NCBI GenBank assembly: GCA_050084985.1
Contig: JBITNC010000002.1
Span: 9,486,001-9,550,000, forward strand
Reading direction: 5' to 3'
From: Nageia nagi
Lineage: Eukaryota; Plantae; Pinophyta
Length of the DNA: 64,000 nucleotides
In this document: positions 11,807 to 25,915 of the stretch, in pieces
Layout: each line of letters begins with the position of its first letter
Position numbering within the stretch: the stretch's first letter is position 1
Program-made: the position numbers and the translations under genes
The notes under the pieces: model-generated
Seen by the model: the letters and a program-made list of their open reading frames with translations, nothing else
Database searches by the model: none
What the model was told of the DNA's origin: nothing

Positions 11807-14800
11807 ACTACTTGCACAATATCAGGTCTAATGCGAACCATAACATACATTAAACTACCAAGAGTATATGCATAAGGGACCTTGGCCAAATGCTCTTTCT
11901 CCTTATCATTTTTAGGATACATATCTTTGGTTAATTTAAAATGATTTACAAGAGGTGCACTTATTAGCTTTGCATTATTCATATTAAACCTCTTCAAAAT
12001 TTTCTCTATCTACACCACTTGAGATAACTCCAACTTCTAGTTCTTTCTATCTCTCATGATTCTCATACTAAGGATTTGTTTAGCAACCCCCAAATCCTTC
12101 ATGGCAAAAATGCTTACCAACCCCTTCTTGAGATCATTGATATACTACATATTATTACTAGCTACAAGCATATCATCAACATAGAAAATCAAGATAATGT
12201 AACTTCCATTACCTAATATATTGAAGTACACACAATGGTTTGAATAACACCTATCATAATCTAGATTCTGCATGAACCTATCAAACTTTAAATACCATTA
12301 TTTAGGAGCTTGTTTCAAACTATATAAGCTTTTCTTCAACCTGGAAATAAGGTTTTCCTTCCCTTTTACCTCATAGCACTTTGGTTGGTGCATATAGATT
12401 TCTTCTTCCAAATCACCATGGAGGAAAGCTATTTTGACATCAAGTTGATCTAAATGTAAATTCTCTACTACAACTAAGCTTCAAATAGGACAAATAGAAG
12501 TCATCTTAACTATAAGAGAAAAAATCTCATCATAGTCTATACCTTTATTTTGTGCATATCCTTTCTCAACAAGTTCTTTCCTTGTATCTCTTATTTCCTC
12601 CTACTTCTTCCTTTACTCTGTAGACCCATTTATTGTGAAAGGCGTTCTTCCTAACAGGTAGCTTAAGCAAATCCCAAGTTTGGTTATGTATGAGAGAATC
12701 CATCTCTTCATCCATTGCAAGCTCCCACTGCTTGTTGGTGTTTAATTATAAAGCTTCATCCAAACACTCTGTCTCACTAGCATCATTATATAAAACATAA
12801 TGAAGAGTAGGAGTATAATGTTCTGGCAACTTACTTTCACTTGTAGGCATAGATCTTCTAACAATAATTTTAGGGGATTGAGATACTTATTGCTACTATT
12901 GTTCAACATTTTGTGGTAGATATTATGGTGGATTTTGAGCTTAGACCTCATCTTGTACCCTTTGTACATTCTTCCAAATGACATCATCAAGCTCTACAAA
13001 CTTGGAGTCATCTTCTTTTTCTTGCAATCTATCTTTATACAATCTTTTCTCATTAAAAATAACATCTCTTCTCTTGATGACTTTTTGATTAGCATTATCT
13101 CATAATCTGTAACCCAAGTCATCTATTCCATAGCTAATAGAATAACATTTCTATGACTTTACATCCAACTTATTTCTATTTTCCTTATCTATATGAGCAT
13201 AAGCTTCACACCCAAAAACTTTAAGAAAGGAGTAGTTTACAATTTTACTTGTCCATATCTCTTCTGGACTCCCTCAATCCAAAGCAGTGCAAGGTCCCTT
13301 GTTGATCAAATAAACAATAGTGTCAACATAATTTGCCTATAAATACAAAGGCAATCTAGCATGTAATCTTATACATCTTGCACGCTCCATAATGATCCTA
13401 TTCATTCTCTTAGAAACTTCATTTTCTTTAGGTGTTCTTGGAGTAACCTTTATCCTTTTGATTCCATTTAGAGAATAATAATTATCAAAATTATTATTGT
13501 AGAATTCACCACCATTATTATACTTGAGACCTTGTAATTTCTTCCTTGTCTCATTCTCCACTAATGCCTTCCACTTCTAAACTGTATCAAAGACATTAGA
13601 TTTCTTACCAATATAGTAATCCCATATTTTTCTTGTAGCATCATTAATAAAAGACACATAATAATTGGAACCATTGAGAGAAGTTACCTAAGCTAGCCCC
13701 CATACATTTGTGTGAACCAATTCTAACTTTTCTTTCTTCTTCTCTTTTCCAACTTTTAATAATCTTACCCTTTTCTGTTTACTATAAATGCAATCCTCAC
13801 AAAACTCTAAATCCACTTCCTTGAGCTTCAGTAGTAGTTTTCTTGAGTGCAAAATCTTCATTCCCTTTTCACTTATGTGGCCTAATATGTTGTGCCATAT
13901 CTTGGAGTCTTCTTCTATACCAATAAAATTTATAAAGCAAATGGTTGAGTCAATCATTAAATAAAGTGTACGAACCAATTTACCTTTTCCAATCACCATA
14001 ACTCCTTTTCTTAACTTCTAGGAGCCCTCCCCAAATGTGGTTGCAAAACCTTCTTTTTCAAGTTTATTGGTAAAAAACTAAATTTCTTTTCAATCTGGTA
14101 ATATATCATGCTTCATTTAACACTAGGAGAGTTCCATTTGCCATCCTCATATTTATCTTTCCTTTGCCCTCGATCTTACAGAGATAAGCACTTGAATAGC
14201 ATCTCATCCCCTTTACTTGAATGATTTCCAAACCTTAAACTATTCAATTTCCTACCCCATCGCCTGCATTCACCATATTCTATTGATTAGGTAAGTATTC
14301 CATTCATTGAGTAAGGTTTAGCCTTCTATTTTGATGGTAAGATGAGGAGACTAAGCTCTAGGAGATGGAGGACCTAAATATAGACCCTTATATTAGTAGT
14401 GGATAGAATCTTGTGCTTGATATACTAATTGAACATCACCATAATTACTTGGAGTAAACTCTACAAAATAATCTTTTTATCAAGTAGCATGGTAAGATGA
14501 ACCAAAATCTACAACCTAGTAATCATTTCTACTTTTTAAAGATAATTTCAAAGCATCTTAATGAATTTCACTAGCTATATTGGCTTTTGAGTTATTACCT
14601 TTATTTTCTTCATCCCCACCTTTTTCATCATTGATTCTATGCCAACAATCCTTTTTCAAATGGATTTTCTTTCCATAATACAAACATTCAACTTTTCCTT
14701 TTCCTCTTGACTTGGATTTTCCTTTAGATTTTCTTATGTTCTAACTTCTACCTCTTTCATTCTGCCTTCCTCTATTGCTCTGAACCATCAACATTGTTCT

Positions 14801-15879
14801 AGATGATGATACCTCTCCTAAGGTTTTTCTTCTCATACCTTCACTAAGAATAATGCCAACAACATCATAAAAAATGAACTTATTATAATAAGATGCATAA
14901 TTAGTTACTACCATTACTAGACCTTTCCAGCTCTCTAGCAGTGAGCATAGAATTAATAAATCCTTGACTTCATCATCAAAATCTTATTCTACTAAACTTA
15001 GCTCACTAGTTATAATATTAAATGCATTTAAATGATCCTGAATGTTAGCACCTTTATTAATTTTCATATTAAATAAGTTCTTCATAAGAAAAACTTTATT
15101 GGAAGCTGAGGGTTTCTCACACAACCTTGCTAATGCATGCATGAAATCCTTTATGGTTTTCGCTTTAGAAATATTGAAGGCTACCATGCTTGCCAGGAGG
15201 CATAATGTCACATCCCCAATGCTTTCTTATTTAACAAAGCCCAATCCTCATTAGACATCCCACTTGGTTTCTCCATCTGCATTTTCCAAAGCTGATAATT
15301 TTGGTCATTGAATTTTTCTACCAAAAAACTTCCCTTCTTCTACCATTGCTCCCACTCAAATAAAAACCCTTTTGTGAGTACCCAACAAAATGCTCTAATA
15401 CCAATTGTTAGGAATATATATTATTCAAGCAAAATATAATGCAAAATAAACCTTATAGAAGTAAATAAATAAATTAAAGAAATCAATCACATAAGAGATC
15501 AACATAGATTTAATAAGGTTCACCCAGTGTGGGCTACATCCTTAGAGAAAGAACCAATTGAATCTTTATCACAATCAAAAACAACAGAGGGATTACAATT
15601 TGCATTAGCTAGATGCATAATCTCCTTAGTGTCTCACAAGCTCTCTCAAGCTCCTATATGCTCAAATACTAGCACACTTTAAAAAATTACACATATTATT
15701 CTTCATACAAAATCTTCTTTATAAAAAGAGTTTACAATTTGTGACCTAATAGCAATGATCTAGATTACAATCTATAACCTAAAAACAATAGTTTAGATTT
15801 ATCATCATAATTAGCATCCACTTCATAGGAAATCATAGTACTTCACTATACATAGTTGTATAGTCTCCATATTTTAACA
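11807..15879 (-). mobile_element. Ty1/copia LTR retrotransposon (Tork/Tnt1-like), 3'-truncated in RT
   Basis: 5' LTR 15406-15879, PBS, gag (EKFNDQNYQLWKMQM; EKPSASNKVFLMKNLF), protease (VDFGSSYH), GAG-pre-integrase (WHNILGHISEKG, CEDC), integrase (NNGGEF), RT ([20 protein letters not shown]). Order INT-RT. RNase H and 3' LTR absent. Confidence 0.92.
15392..15879 (-). repeat. 5' LTR (15406-15879) and tRNA-iMet PBS (15392-15403) of the copia element
   Basis: TGTTA...TAACA termini; TGGTATTAGAGC on the minus strand just inside the LTR. Confidence 0.8.
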
Positions 15880-15989
15880 ATAATTATATACATATAATAA
15901 TAATTTAAAAAACCCTAAAACACAATAATCATAAATTAAGTTTAATAATCCAAAATTAAATATGAAAAATTATCTTGATTTAAAGAGAA

Positions 15990-17130
15990 TACATGTTGCT
16001 GCTGAAAACCTATCATCTCTTTCGATCCAAAAGTCATTAGAGAAATAATTGCATTCCTTGATTCACAAGGCATGATAAATTGCTTTCTAAGTCCATGACT
16101 TTGTCAGGATGCAATAGAAAAATGGATGCAAACTAATTGGTCCAAGTATGAAGAAATTGATGTGTGTCTCTACTCAAATGGTTTCTTCTAATTAGTGTTG
16201 AGATGAAGGCTCCCAGAGATCAAGATTTCCAATTCGGTCCATGGTTTCATGGTAATGGAGGGTTATATATGAAACTTTGGCGTATAGATTTCACACCAAA
16301 TGATCTTCCATATTCTACTCTTGTGTAGGTAAGACTCCCTTGCTTACCTATTGAAGTTTAGAATTATACTATTTTTTAGGGAATTAGAAACACCCTTGGG
16401 GGTTTTATTAGTGAATATGATTTAACCTTAAAATATATCTAGCTTTATATGGATTGCATTTGTGTTAACCTAAATCTATATGTTCCCTTACCTACTTAGA
16501 TTACTATCTGGGTTGGTGAAAAAACCCAAGAAGAACCCCTAAATTATGATTATATCCCCTTTTGATGTCGACTCTATCATTAATATGGCCATCTTATTTG
16601 ATACTACCTTTATTCAAATATTAAGGATGATCATCCAAGTATGCAACCACATTCCACACCTCCCCCAACTCCACCCTTGGCTGCTCCTACCCCTATAACT
16701 TCTTATGTTCCTCCAAAGCAAGTAGTTGCTCCCCCTTCCCTCCCCATGAAACCCTCTATGAAATAAATGCTAGATATATAGGTAAATCCACCCCTTTAAA
16801 TGTATCCAATCCATTCTAAATCCTCCAAGAAGAATCCACTTCTTACTCTATACCTGAGACTTAGTATATAGTCTTTATTGACCAGAATCCCTAAAATCAT
16901 ACTAAGAGATGGTTGGCCTAAGTGAGGAGGAATTACCTTCACTTGGATCTAAACCTCCCTCAATCATTTAAACCCCTTATCTTTTGAAAAAAGCTAATAC
17001 AAGCCTTTCCAAAAAAAGAGGACAAAAAATCAACTTTGCTACTTCTATATCATGCAATTATGGATATCATTGAAGATGGATCTATGGCTAAATTTGAAGA
17101 ATTCCTCTAACCTAAGAAATCCAAGTAGTC
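15990..17130 (+). mobile_element. L1 LINE ORF1 remnant (DUF4283-like plus zinc knuckle), no ORF2
   Basis: NGFFLI, GPWFHGNGGLYMKLW, VRLPCLPIE, CICVNL, YDYIPF*CRLYH*YGHL (decayed CCHC), then a Pro-rich tract. Confidence 0.8.
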
Positions 17131-17369
17131 ATAGTATATCTTCTATTGAATCTCAATATTGAAATAGATATGCCAAAGGATTCACTAGTTTTATTCCAAT
17201 GATATATTCATCATTACTTGCATTTAGTGATTTGTTTTTTGTAATCTTTAGAAATTTCTATGTATTTCCTTTTATATTAATGGATGTTTTTTACTAATAA
17301 AAAAAGAAGACATTTTGAAAAGAAGAAAAAAACATATATTGTAAGATATTTATATAATTGCACATATCA

Positions 17370-17500
17370 ATAAATTCTTTCCTTCTATTGACACTAAGGC
17401 ATCTCGTACCTACACATAGGATATGTGTTATTTGAACCCAACCACCTAGTGATACATTTTGGATGGTATATATGACCACAAGGTAACACCAATGGCTTGT
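17370..17500 (-). mobile_element. Possible tRNA-derived SINE remnant
   Basis: Minus strand shows A-box-like TGGTGTTACCTTGTGG and B-box-like GGGTTCAAAT at tRNA-like spacing in a GC-richer island; no TSD found. Confidence 0.3.
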
Positions 17501-19199
17501 TTTTACTATTTTAATCATAACATATACAACACTACATCTTCTCCTTTTTTCCTTGCATATATTTGAATTCTATAGGGGATTTTATTTTACTAATTTCCTT
17601 ATTGGAACTTGTAAGAGCATATTCTTTGAATTCCTCTCTACACATATTACTATCATATTTTATCTTTGAGGATGATCTTTTTCAATCTTTTTTATTTTAT
17701 AAATACCATTTTATTTGTGCTTTATTACATTGTATGTCATGTAATAAAATTTTCCAATTCAAACTCAAACCAAAGATATGAACTGTGGCATTTGTATCTA
17801 TAAAAAATTTACATGAATAGGAAGTTTATATGCTAAGTTATATTTTATTCCACTAAAATTCTCCTTACCATGCATATGTACTTTTGAGTTATCATAATGA
17901 TCTTTATCCTCTTGATTTGGTTTATCTATAATAGATATATTACAATGAAGAATATTTTTATCAATAAATTTTGAATCATTTTTCATCTGATTATGGCAAA
18001 CCTATAAAAACTTATAATTTATATTCTTCATATCAATCTCATTCACTTTTTTTTTGTTAGTTTCACCTATGTTGAACCATTTATGATCTAAATCAATTTT
18101 GAGTACTTTATGTTGCGAATACACATTGTAGATAGTCTTTGTATTCCCCTTTATATGCACCTCATAAATCATATTAGATCCTCAATATTATTTATTATCT
18201 CATCGCATTATCATATACCTAAAGCTTTTATTTTTATTTCACATATATCACACCATAAAAAAATATTTTATTTTCTATTGGTGATATCTATGTTTAAGAT
18301 ATTGCAATTTACTTTCAAAAGTATTAAAGAATAATGACTGTTGTTAAGTTATAATAGTAAAATATAAGTATGTATGATTAGTAAAAATTAGTGTTTTAAA
18401 AAAAGGGTACAAGTACATATATGTTGGGTTCAAATTTTAAAAATCATCAAAAGTGTAGGAAAAGTACAAGAAAAATGAGAAAAAAAAGTCAAAAATACTA
18501 TAAAAAGTAAAAACTTTTAAAATTCGTAAGAAAATGACAAGTTGAAAATATAATGGTAAAAATACTCTATCACACAATAATAATTTTGAATTGGTCTTGA
18601 CATATTTTTGCAAATAAATATTTATTGTAAACATTATCTTCTTACAATCATATGACATTATTTATGTGTTTGCACATATAAAAATTATAATGTAATAAAA
18701 TATTTTTTATATTATTCACAAGAAAGAATATTACATTCAATCAAATAAAAGTATGATAAATGTTGAGCTACACTTCCTTTAATATATTATTATAAAAAAA
18801 TAATATCCACATAAGAAATATTTTATTATTCAAAAAGAATATGTATTCAATAAAATAAAAAATATTATATACAATAATTACAAATGAAATTGAATAATAA
18901 TATATTAACTAAAACTATTCAATTAAAAAAATTTAATATATATTTCGAAGCATGATATTGCATTATCATTTTTTAAAAGATCATATTTACAATTAATAAT
19001 ACACGTTATTATGGTCAATTTATTTTTAATATTATTTAATCCATTTATATTTTTCTTATAAAAAAATTATATTAGATAACTAAAATAATTGTTTAGTTAG
19101 ATGATATGGTATGATAGTATGCAACATTAGTATAATGATCTTATTTTTTTTATCAATGGTATGAAAATATTGGTAAAATATATATGTATTAGATATTTA

Positions 19200-22100
19200 T
19201 TTTTTTAATTTTTTTTTTGAATGAAAAGGACCTTTATATTAATATAAGATCTCTCTCATACAAAAAAAGGGATAGGTGGAATAAAGTCCACCACATGAGA
19301 AAGCACAACAAATGAATAAAAAATAATCTCATTTAAACTAACTCTAGGTTAAGAATTCATTTTGAAGGAACCCAACTAATGAGAAAGGTGCATTCCAGCA
19401 ATAATCAAGTAAGTTATATGGATGTTGAAGCTCCAAATTTACTTTCTCAACTTGAACAATAATCTCCATCTAGCATTCATAGAAAATAACATATTTGTCT
19501 ATTATAGAAAAGGAAGATGAAGCTTCCTATTGAATAAAAATAATATCATTTCTAACTTTCCAAAGATGATACAAAATACCGAGCCAAAATATATGCCAAA
19601 TTTTCCCCAAAGATTCAGATAATTGAATAGGTCTTCTAATAACACATGAATCCAAGAACATGGAGTAACCATAAAAGGTCGAAAGAAGGAAAGAATCCAA
19701 CTACAAGTGATTGAGGCTTTAGAACAAGACCAAAATACATGAGTGAAACGATTAGGTTCTCCAAAACAAAAGCATAGATTAGGTTGGCCATCCTCAAACA
19801 TTGAATCTTGTAGCCAATAGGTAACCGTTGATGCAACAGGATCCATGGAAATAAACTTTATTTAGTGTCAAGGTATTTGTACTAGATTATAGAAAATCTT
19901 AAACTCCATCTAGATTGGGTGGAAATAAGATCCAAATGATTGTTTAGATGCTCAAACATAGGGACAGTAAGAGATAACCAAATATAGCCTAATTTGTATT
20001 TAAACTTCTAAGATGGATATTCTTAGGCTAGTGCCAATCATCGCACCAATGACTCTAAAAATATCATCCTAGTTTCCTCCAAATGAAAAATGGAGTTTTG
20101 TCAAGAACAACATCAAATGTAGCTTTATAATTTGCTTGTAAATTGAACTTATTTCGAAATTGCTCCCAAGGCAACCAATGCTTACTTTGAAAAAAAAAGA
20201 TTATTAGAAAGAGTCAATTCCCTTCTTATGAAAGTGAAGGGATCTAACCTACTGAATATTTTTCAAAGGTAATCAATTAAATTTGAGAACATGAGACCAC
20301 CAAATATTTAGATAAGACAAAGATGCCCCTGATGAAACTTGCTTTCCATTTTGTTGAAGCTATGGTTTGAGGGCTTCTTAGACTTTCTAGATACTCTTAC
20401 AATAAAAGAACCAACAATCTTAATAGGGACTTGAGTAGTGAGATTTGTTTGAAGGTATAACCCTTTCCATGATTTCCTACCATATGGGAGGCCTATAGAT
20501 ACATAATGTTGAGTGAAAATCTTCCAATCTTCATCATTATCTAAAGCTCTAATTATCCATTTGGAACACAAAGGAAAACCTTGACTTTGGTAATCAAGAA
20601 TGCACATTCCATCGATAGCATGAGGAAGGTAAAAGATATCCCATTACACTCTATGAAAACCTCTCTTTTGGATATTATAAGCCCAAATAAAATCTTTAAG
20701 AAGCTTTTCCCATATTTGGTAGTACACCTTAGAAGGGACACAACAAGAGGAATAGTACACATGAGTAGAAGCTAAGATCTTTATGCAAATTTGGTACCTC
20801 TTCATAAGAGAAAGCTTTTTGGTAGTCCAATACCTAAGCTTTTTCTCAATCTTCTGAATAACAAAGGTCTATAGCTAAGTAGGGAAAGTCTAAAAAGAAA
20901 AGGGAATGCCAAAAAATTTAAATACCTCACCATGCTAAATCCATTTCTAGGCAAGGTTATTCTTAAGGATAGAAAAAAAAAGAAACCTATAGAATCCAAG
21001 GTGAATCATTTTTTTGAACTTTGGGTGAAATTATAGCCTTTAAAATGAAATGTATAGTACCATATACATACCATATATCAATTTTTTGATGATTGGATAC
21101 ACAAAATTAATACCTACTTGTAATTTTAGGCTGAATGGCCCTATTTTAACCAATTTGAAAATCTTAATATCATAACTTTCATTTGTAAGAGTTGATTAAC
21201 CACTAGGAAAAATACTATTTCTTGGAAAAGAGGCTAAATCATTGAGGCATATGTATCAATGCATATCTAAAGTAGGAAGTTTTCAACCATTAAATATTGG
21301 AGCTAGAGGCACAACAAAAAATATTCAAACACTCTAAGGTCGATTGAAAAAATTAATCATCTTATAGAAGAGTTAAAAAAGATTCATTAGCAAAATGATC
21401 ATTAACGAGCTATAAGGGGGAATTAGGTAGAGTAATTTCCTGAATTACACCCTACTCAACTTTCTATACCAATAGATAATCAAAAGCCTTAGCAACTAAA
21501 ATGAATAGGGAATGGGCTAAAGGGCAGCCTTGATGGTTAGAGAAAGAAAGGGAATTAGGAGGTGAATGAACACCATTCATAGTAAGAACAACATATACAT
21601 CTCAAAATAGCATTCAAAATGATTGAAGAAAAATAGGGCCAAACTCAAGTTCTTAGAGCATGGATAAGATAAAGTGCCATTCAATCCTATCATAGTCTTT
21701 CTCAAAATCAATTTTAATAAACAAAGCTTCTTGATTAGAGACCCTTTCCCATTCCATGCCTTTCCATACAACAATAATATTATCTAAGATATAATGACCC
21801 TTTACAAAACTTATTTTCTTTAATCAAATAATCAAAGGAAGCAACGATTTAAGCTTAAGAGCTAAAGCTTTGAAAATAATTTTATAGCTCACATTTAAAA
21901 AAGTTATAGGTCTTTAGTTGATAATGATTTCAAGGTCTCCTTGTTTTGAATGAACTTGATATTGCCTTTATTGACTAACTAGAATAGAGAGCCAATGGCC
22001 ATAGCTTCCATGTACACTCAAAGGAGATTAGAACCAACAAAATCCTAAAATTCTTTGTAAAAATCAAAATGAAATCCATCAATTTTAGGATTTTTCTCAT

Positions 22101-23950
22101 TAACCATGTGGGAAAGAGTAGTCTTTTATAATTTCATACAACTTAGCTTTTCTAATTTCATGACATAAAATAGCAACATAATCTTGAGGAGATTGACTAA
22201 AAGGACTAGCCTCTATTCTAAGGGTGGCTTGTGCAAGTTCTACATGAAGAGTAGTGTTACCTTGCCTTCTCCTATTAATAACCTCAACACTAAGGGTCCC
22301 AATACTAGAAGTGATTCTAGTGATGGCATCATTACACCATTGAATGCACCCAAAAGTCCCAAAAGGTTAGGGAATGAGATTCCAAATGTGAAAGATATGG
22401 GCTCTCATGGAATTACTTTGTATAAAGGAAATATTATGATAGAACTATTAAGTGAAAATTCTATAGGAAGTGTGATCTTAAAATATGTCAAATAAGATAG
22501 GAGCATGATCAAACAAGATGGTACCAAGGACAACCATCACAAAGGAATTCAAAGGTGAAATATGAGTAAAATAGGAGTCATATTTTGAAATCATAAAATG
22601 ATCTAACCTCTTAATAACTCAAACCAAGCCTCTCTTTCTCCACACTCCACTACTAGGGGGATTTAATTTTCTTATCTAACTACTTTTCCACCATATTGAA
22701 GTCCCCATAAAGAACCCAGGTGGTAAAAGGGAGTGATAAAGCAAACCAACACCATAAAGTACATCACTCATGCACATCATTGGATGCATAGATATTGATA
22801 ATACCAAAAGGCTTACCACGCAAGTCTAGCAAGACCCAAACCGCTTATTTGGAAGGCTCCACCCACCAAGAAACAACATTCAAGCATCATATTGAAGAAA
22901 TGAAAGTCACAACACCTCCACTCCAAAGAGAATGATTGGTATGATAAAAAGAGCCTCTCGAATAGAGAAAAGAATAGGTACACTAAAGAATGAAGTCAAC
23001 AACTTTAATCTCTTACAAATAGATAAAGTTAAGATTACCATATAAGTGAGAAGCATTATATAACTCATTATAGAATGTATATTTATGAACTGGGTCCATT
23101 AGTCATTTGACATTCCAAGAATAAAAAATCATTTAGGGGTATCATGGATATAGAGATACACGTTGTCTTCAGAGTCCCCTAAATTAACCAAGGATTCAAA
23201 AGCATTAAAACCACCTTAAGAAAAAGCAAATTGATGGTGAGCATCAAATATTTATTATCTCTTATCTACATGGTCATCAAATCCCTATTAATGAGGGTTG
23301 CAAGAACAGTAAGACTTAAAGCTTAAGCTTTCCTCTATTCTATGAGATGAAGAAGGAGCTGAGCTAATAGATGCATATGAAGGCCCTAGCCAAATAGAGG
23401 AACTAAAGGGTTTAGACATCATTAGAACTTTGTAAGATTAACAAGGAATTTAAAATCATTCATTGTACTTTGTTCAACCCTTTTTGTGCATGTGCAAAGT
23501 TAGAAAAATGAAATAGTAAGTAACCCTTGGTGAGGTGTTCTGGATATTTTCTACCTTAATACCATAAGGGGTCCAAACTTGGCTAACCCAAGAATGCAAC
23601 CGAGAGTTGTTGGGGATCCTACCCAAAAACATATCCCACCAAGGTATGCGATTCAAACCATTGGTAAATCATACTAAAATCTTCTACATGAATAAAAGCT
23701 TGAGGAATAGAACCTTTACCTCATGTTCCACTTTTGAGAAAAACTTATAGGGATGCTTTGTTGGTGTCATTTCTCCCTCTAGCTACTTCATCATAAAAAA
23801 TAAAGGGCAGGGGAATCACCCAAGGTAGACGAAAATATGATGTTAGATCAAATTAAAATCTTGCAAAATCTCTATAAGAGAAAAGTGGTGTGATGGGGAA
23901 ACCAAAATCAAAGACTCAAAAACATGTAGAAGGTTCAACTCTTGGCTCTT
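19200..23950 (-). mobile_element. Decayed near-full-length L1 LINE
   Basis: Poly(T) at ~19200-19218; RT motifs IDFEKDYDRIEW, QGCPLAHSLFI, FKFFGIP; zf-RVT-like CFCFGEPNRFTHVFWSC; APE remnants ~22500-23150; ORF1 remnants ~23300-23950. Confidence 0.88.
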
Positions 23951-24093
23951 AACTCTCTTTAGCAATCATTATTTTCCATTAACTATATTATTTTGTTTAG
24001 TTTTTCACAACATGGTAATAATATAATAGTTGAATATATAAATATTATAGTATTATAAAAATAACTAGTATACAAATAGATATTTTTTAAACA

Positions 24094-24858
24094 AATAGTA
24101 AGATATTTTATAACATTATATTTAATATGTAAATTTATTTTATACATGTATGACTATAAATATAAATTACAATGATTCAATTTTTAAAATTTTCTTTATT
24201 TTATAATAAAAATATAATTTTGTATATAATATTTTTCAACTACATCCTATTGAAAATAATGCAATGAACAAGAAATCATGTATAAGTAAGTAATTTCAAT
24301 AAATTATTCAAATACTCATTTAGTGTATGTACATTTTGAATATGATATCATTCATATGTTAAATTGTCACTATTTTATACAAGATATAGATGTAGAAAAA
24401 AACATAACAAATAAAATTATATATTAGCATAATCATTTTTATCATTGTTTCTGAAAATTAAAATCATGTTTATAAAAAAAAATAGTAAGATATTTTATAA
24501 TATTATATTCAATATGTAAATTTATTTTATACATGTTTGAGTATAAATATAAATTACAATGATTCAATTTCCAAAATTTTCTCTACTTTATAATTAAAAT
24601 ATAATTTTGTAAAATATTTTTCAACTACATCTTATAGAAAATAAACCAATAAACAAGAAATAAAGCATAAGTAAATAATTCCAACAAATTATTCAAATAC
24701 TCATTTAGTGTATGTACATTTACAAAAAATTATACTTCATGTGAAATTATCACTATTTTATACAAGATATAGATATAGAAAAAAATATAACAAATAAAAT
24801 TAGATATTAGCATAATTATTTTTATCATTATTTCAAAAAAACTAGAATCATGTTTATA
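24094..24858. repeat. Two-copy 387-bp tandem duplication
   Basis: AATAGTAAGATATTTTATAA... at 24094 and 24481; both units end in AATCATGTTTATA. Confidence 0.9.
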
Positions 24859-25915
24859 GAATATTTGATATAAGCAAATAATACTTAAATAAAACTTAAT
24901 CTATATGTCTTTTAATGTCTAATATAATAACAAAAGCACCCAATTTTATAACTCTTTCCAATTTTTCAAATAATAGAATATAGTTTAGAAAACTTACTTA
25001 TGTTGTTTTCTCCTTTCCTCTTGATGATATTTGCTCTTGTTATTTTCCTTATATGTGATCATATTGGGAATGAAAAGTCTGAAAGAGATAATTGATTTTC
25101 AATAAATGATTAAAAAATAGAACATGCAAACTAACATGGAAAATGAGGCCTCTTTTTTCAAAGAACCATTAAAATAGTTACATTTTGCTTCGTTGGTATT
25201 GTGAAATTTAACATGTTTGGAGTATATCTTCTTTTCTATGTACTATTTCATGTAGGTTGAGTTCATTACATGAGGATCTTACTCTATCTAGCCATGACAT
25301 ACATTGTACTCCCCATACAATTTTCCCATAGATATCTCTTGGTCTCCTGTGGACATTAATAAACTTACTTTCTTTCTTTCTAACAAATTTTCAATTGTAG
25401 ATTTGAAAATAATCTTCTCCATAATTATCATAAAATTATATTCTTAGTAATTGATTTATATAAAAAGTTCAATTTAAAATTATCATATGCTCCCTATAGA
25501 TATTGAAGAAATGTTCCTAAGCCACTAATATCTTAAAATAGGTTGACTAAAAAGGATCTCATAAATGGATTACTTTTTGGGTGTACATAATAATATAACC
25601 CTTTAAGATATTATGAAAAAAAAGTTTCAAATTAAAAATAAAGAAATAATATTTTTTATTGATGAAAATATTAACAATAAAGTCTATAAAAATATGACTT
25701 AACTAAAACTTTAACATCCATCCTACCCATATAATATAATCAATCTTAAAATGAAACATATGATCATAAAATTATGAATTAATTCTCTTAAACTATTCAT
25801 TGAAATAGGTAGATGGAGAGTACCTAAAATAACATGGTATAAAATAATGTGTAAGTTTGATAGATTTTTTTTGACTCAAGGAGAGAGATCTACAGTAGCA
25901 TGTTGTATTTTTTTT

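Noticed and set aside
17500-19200. Short ORFs in very AT-rich sequence
   Set aside because: Compositionally biased, no recognisable motifs.
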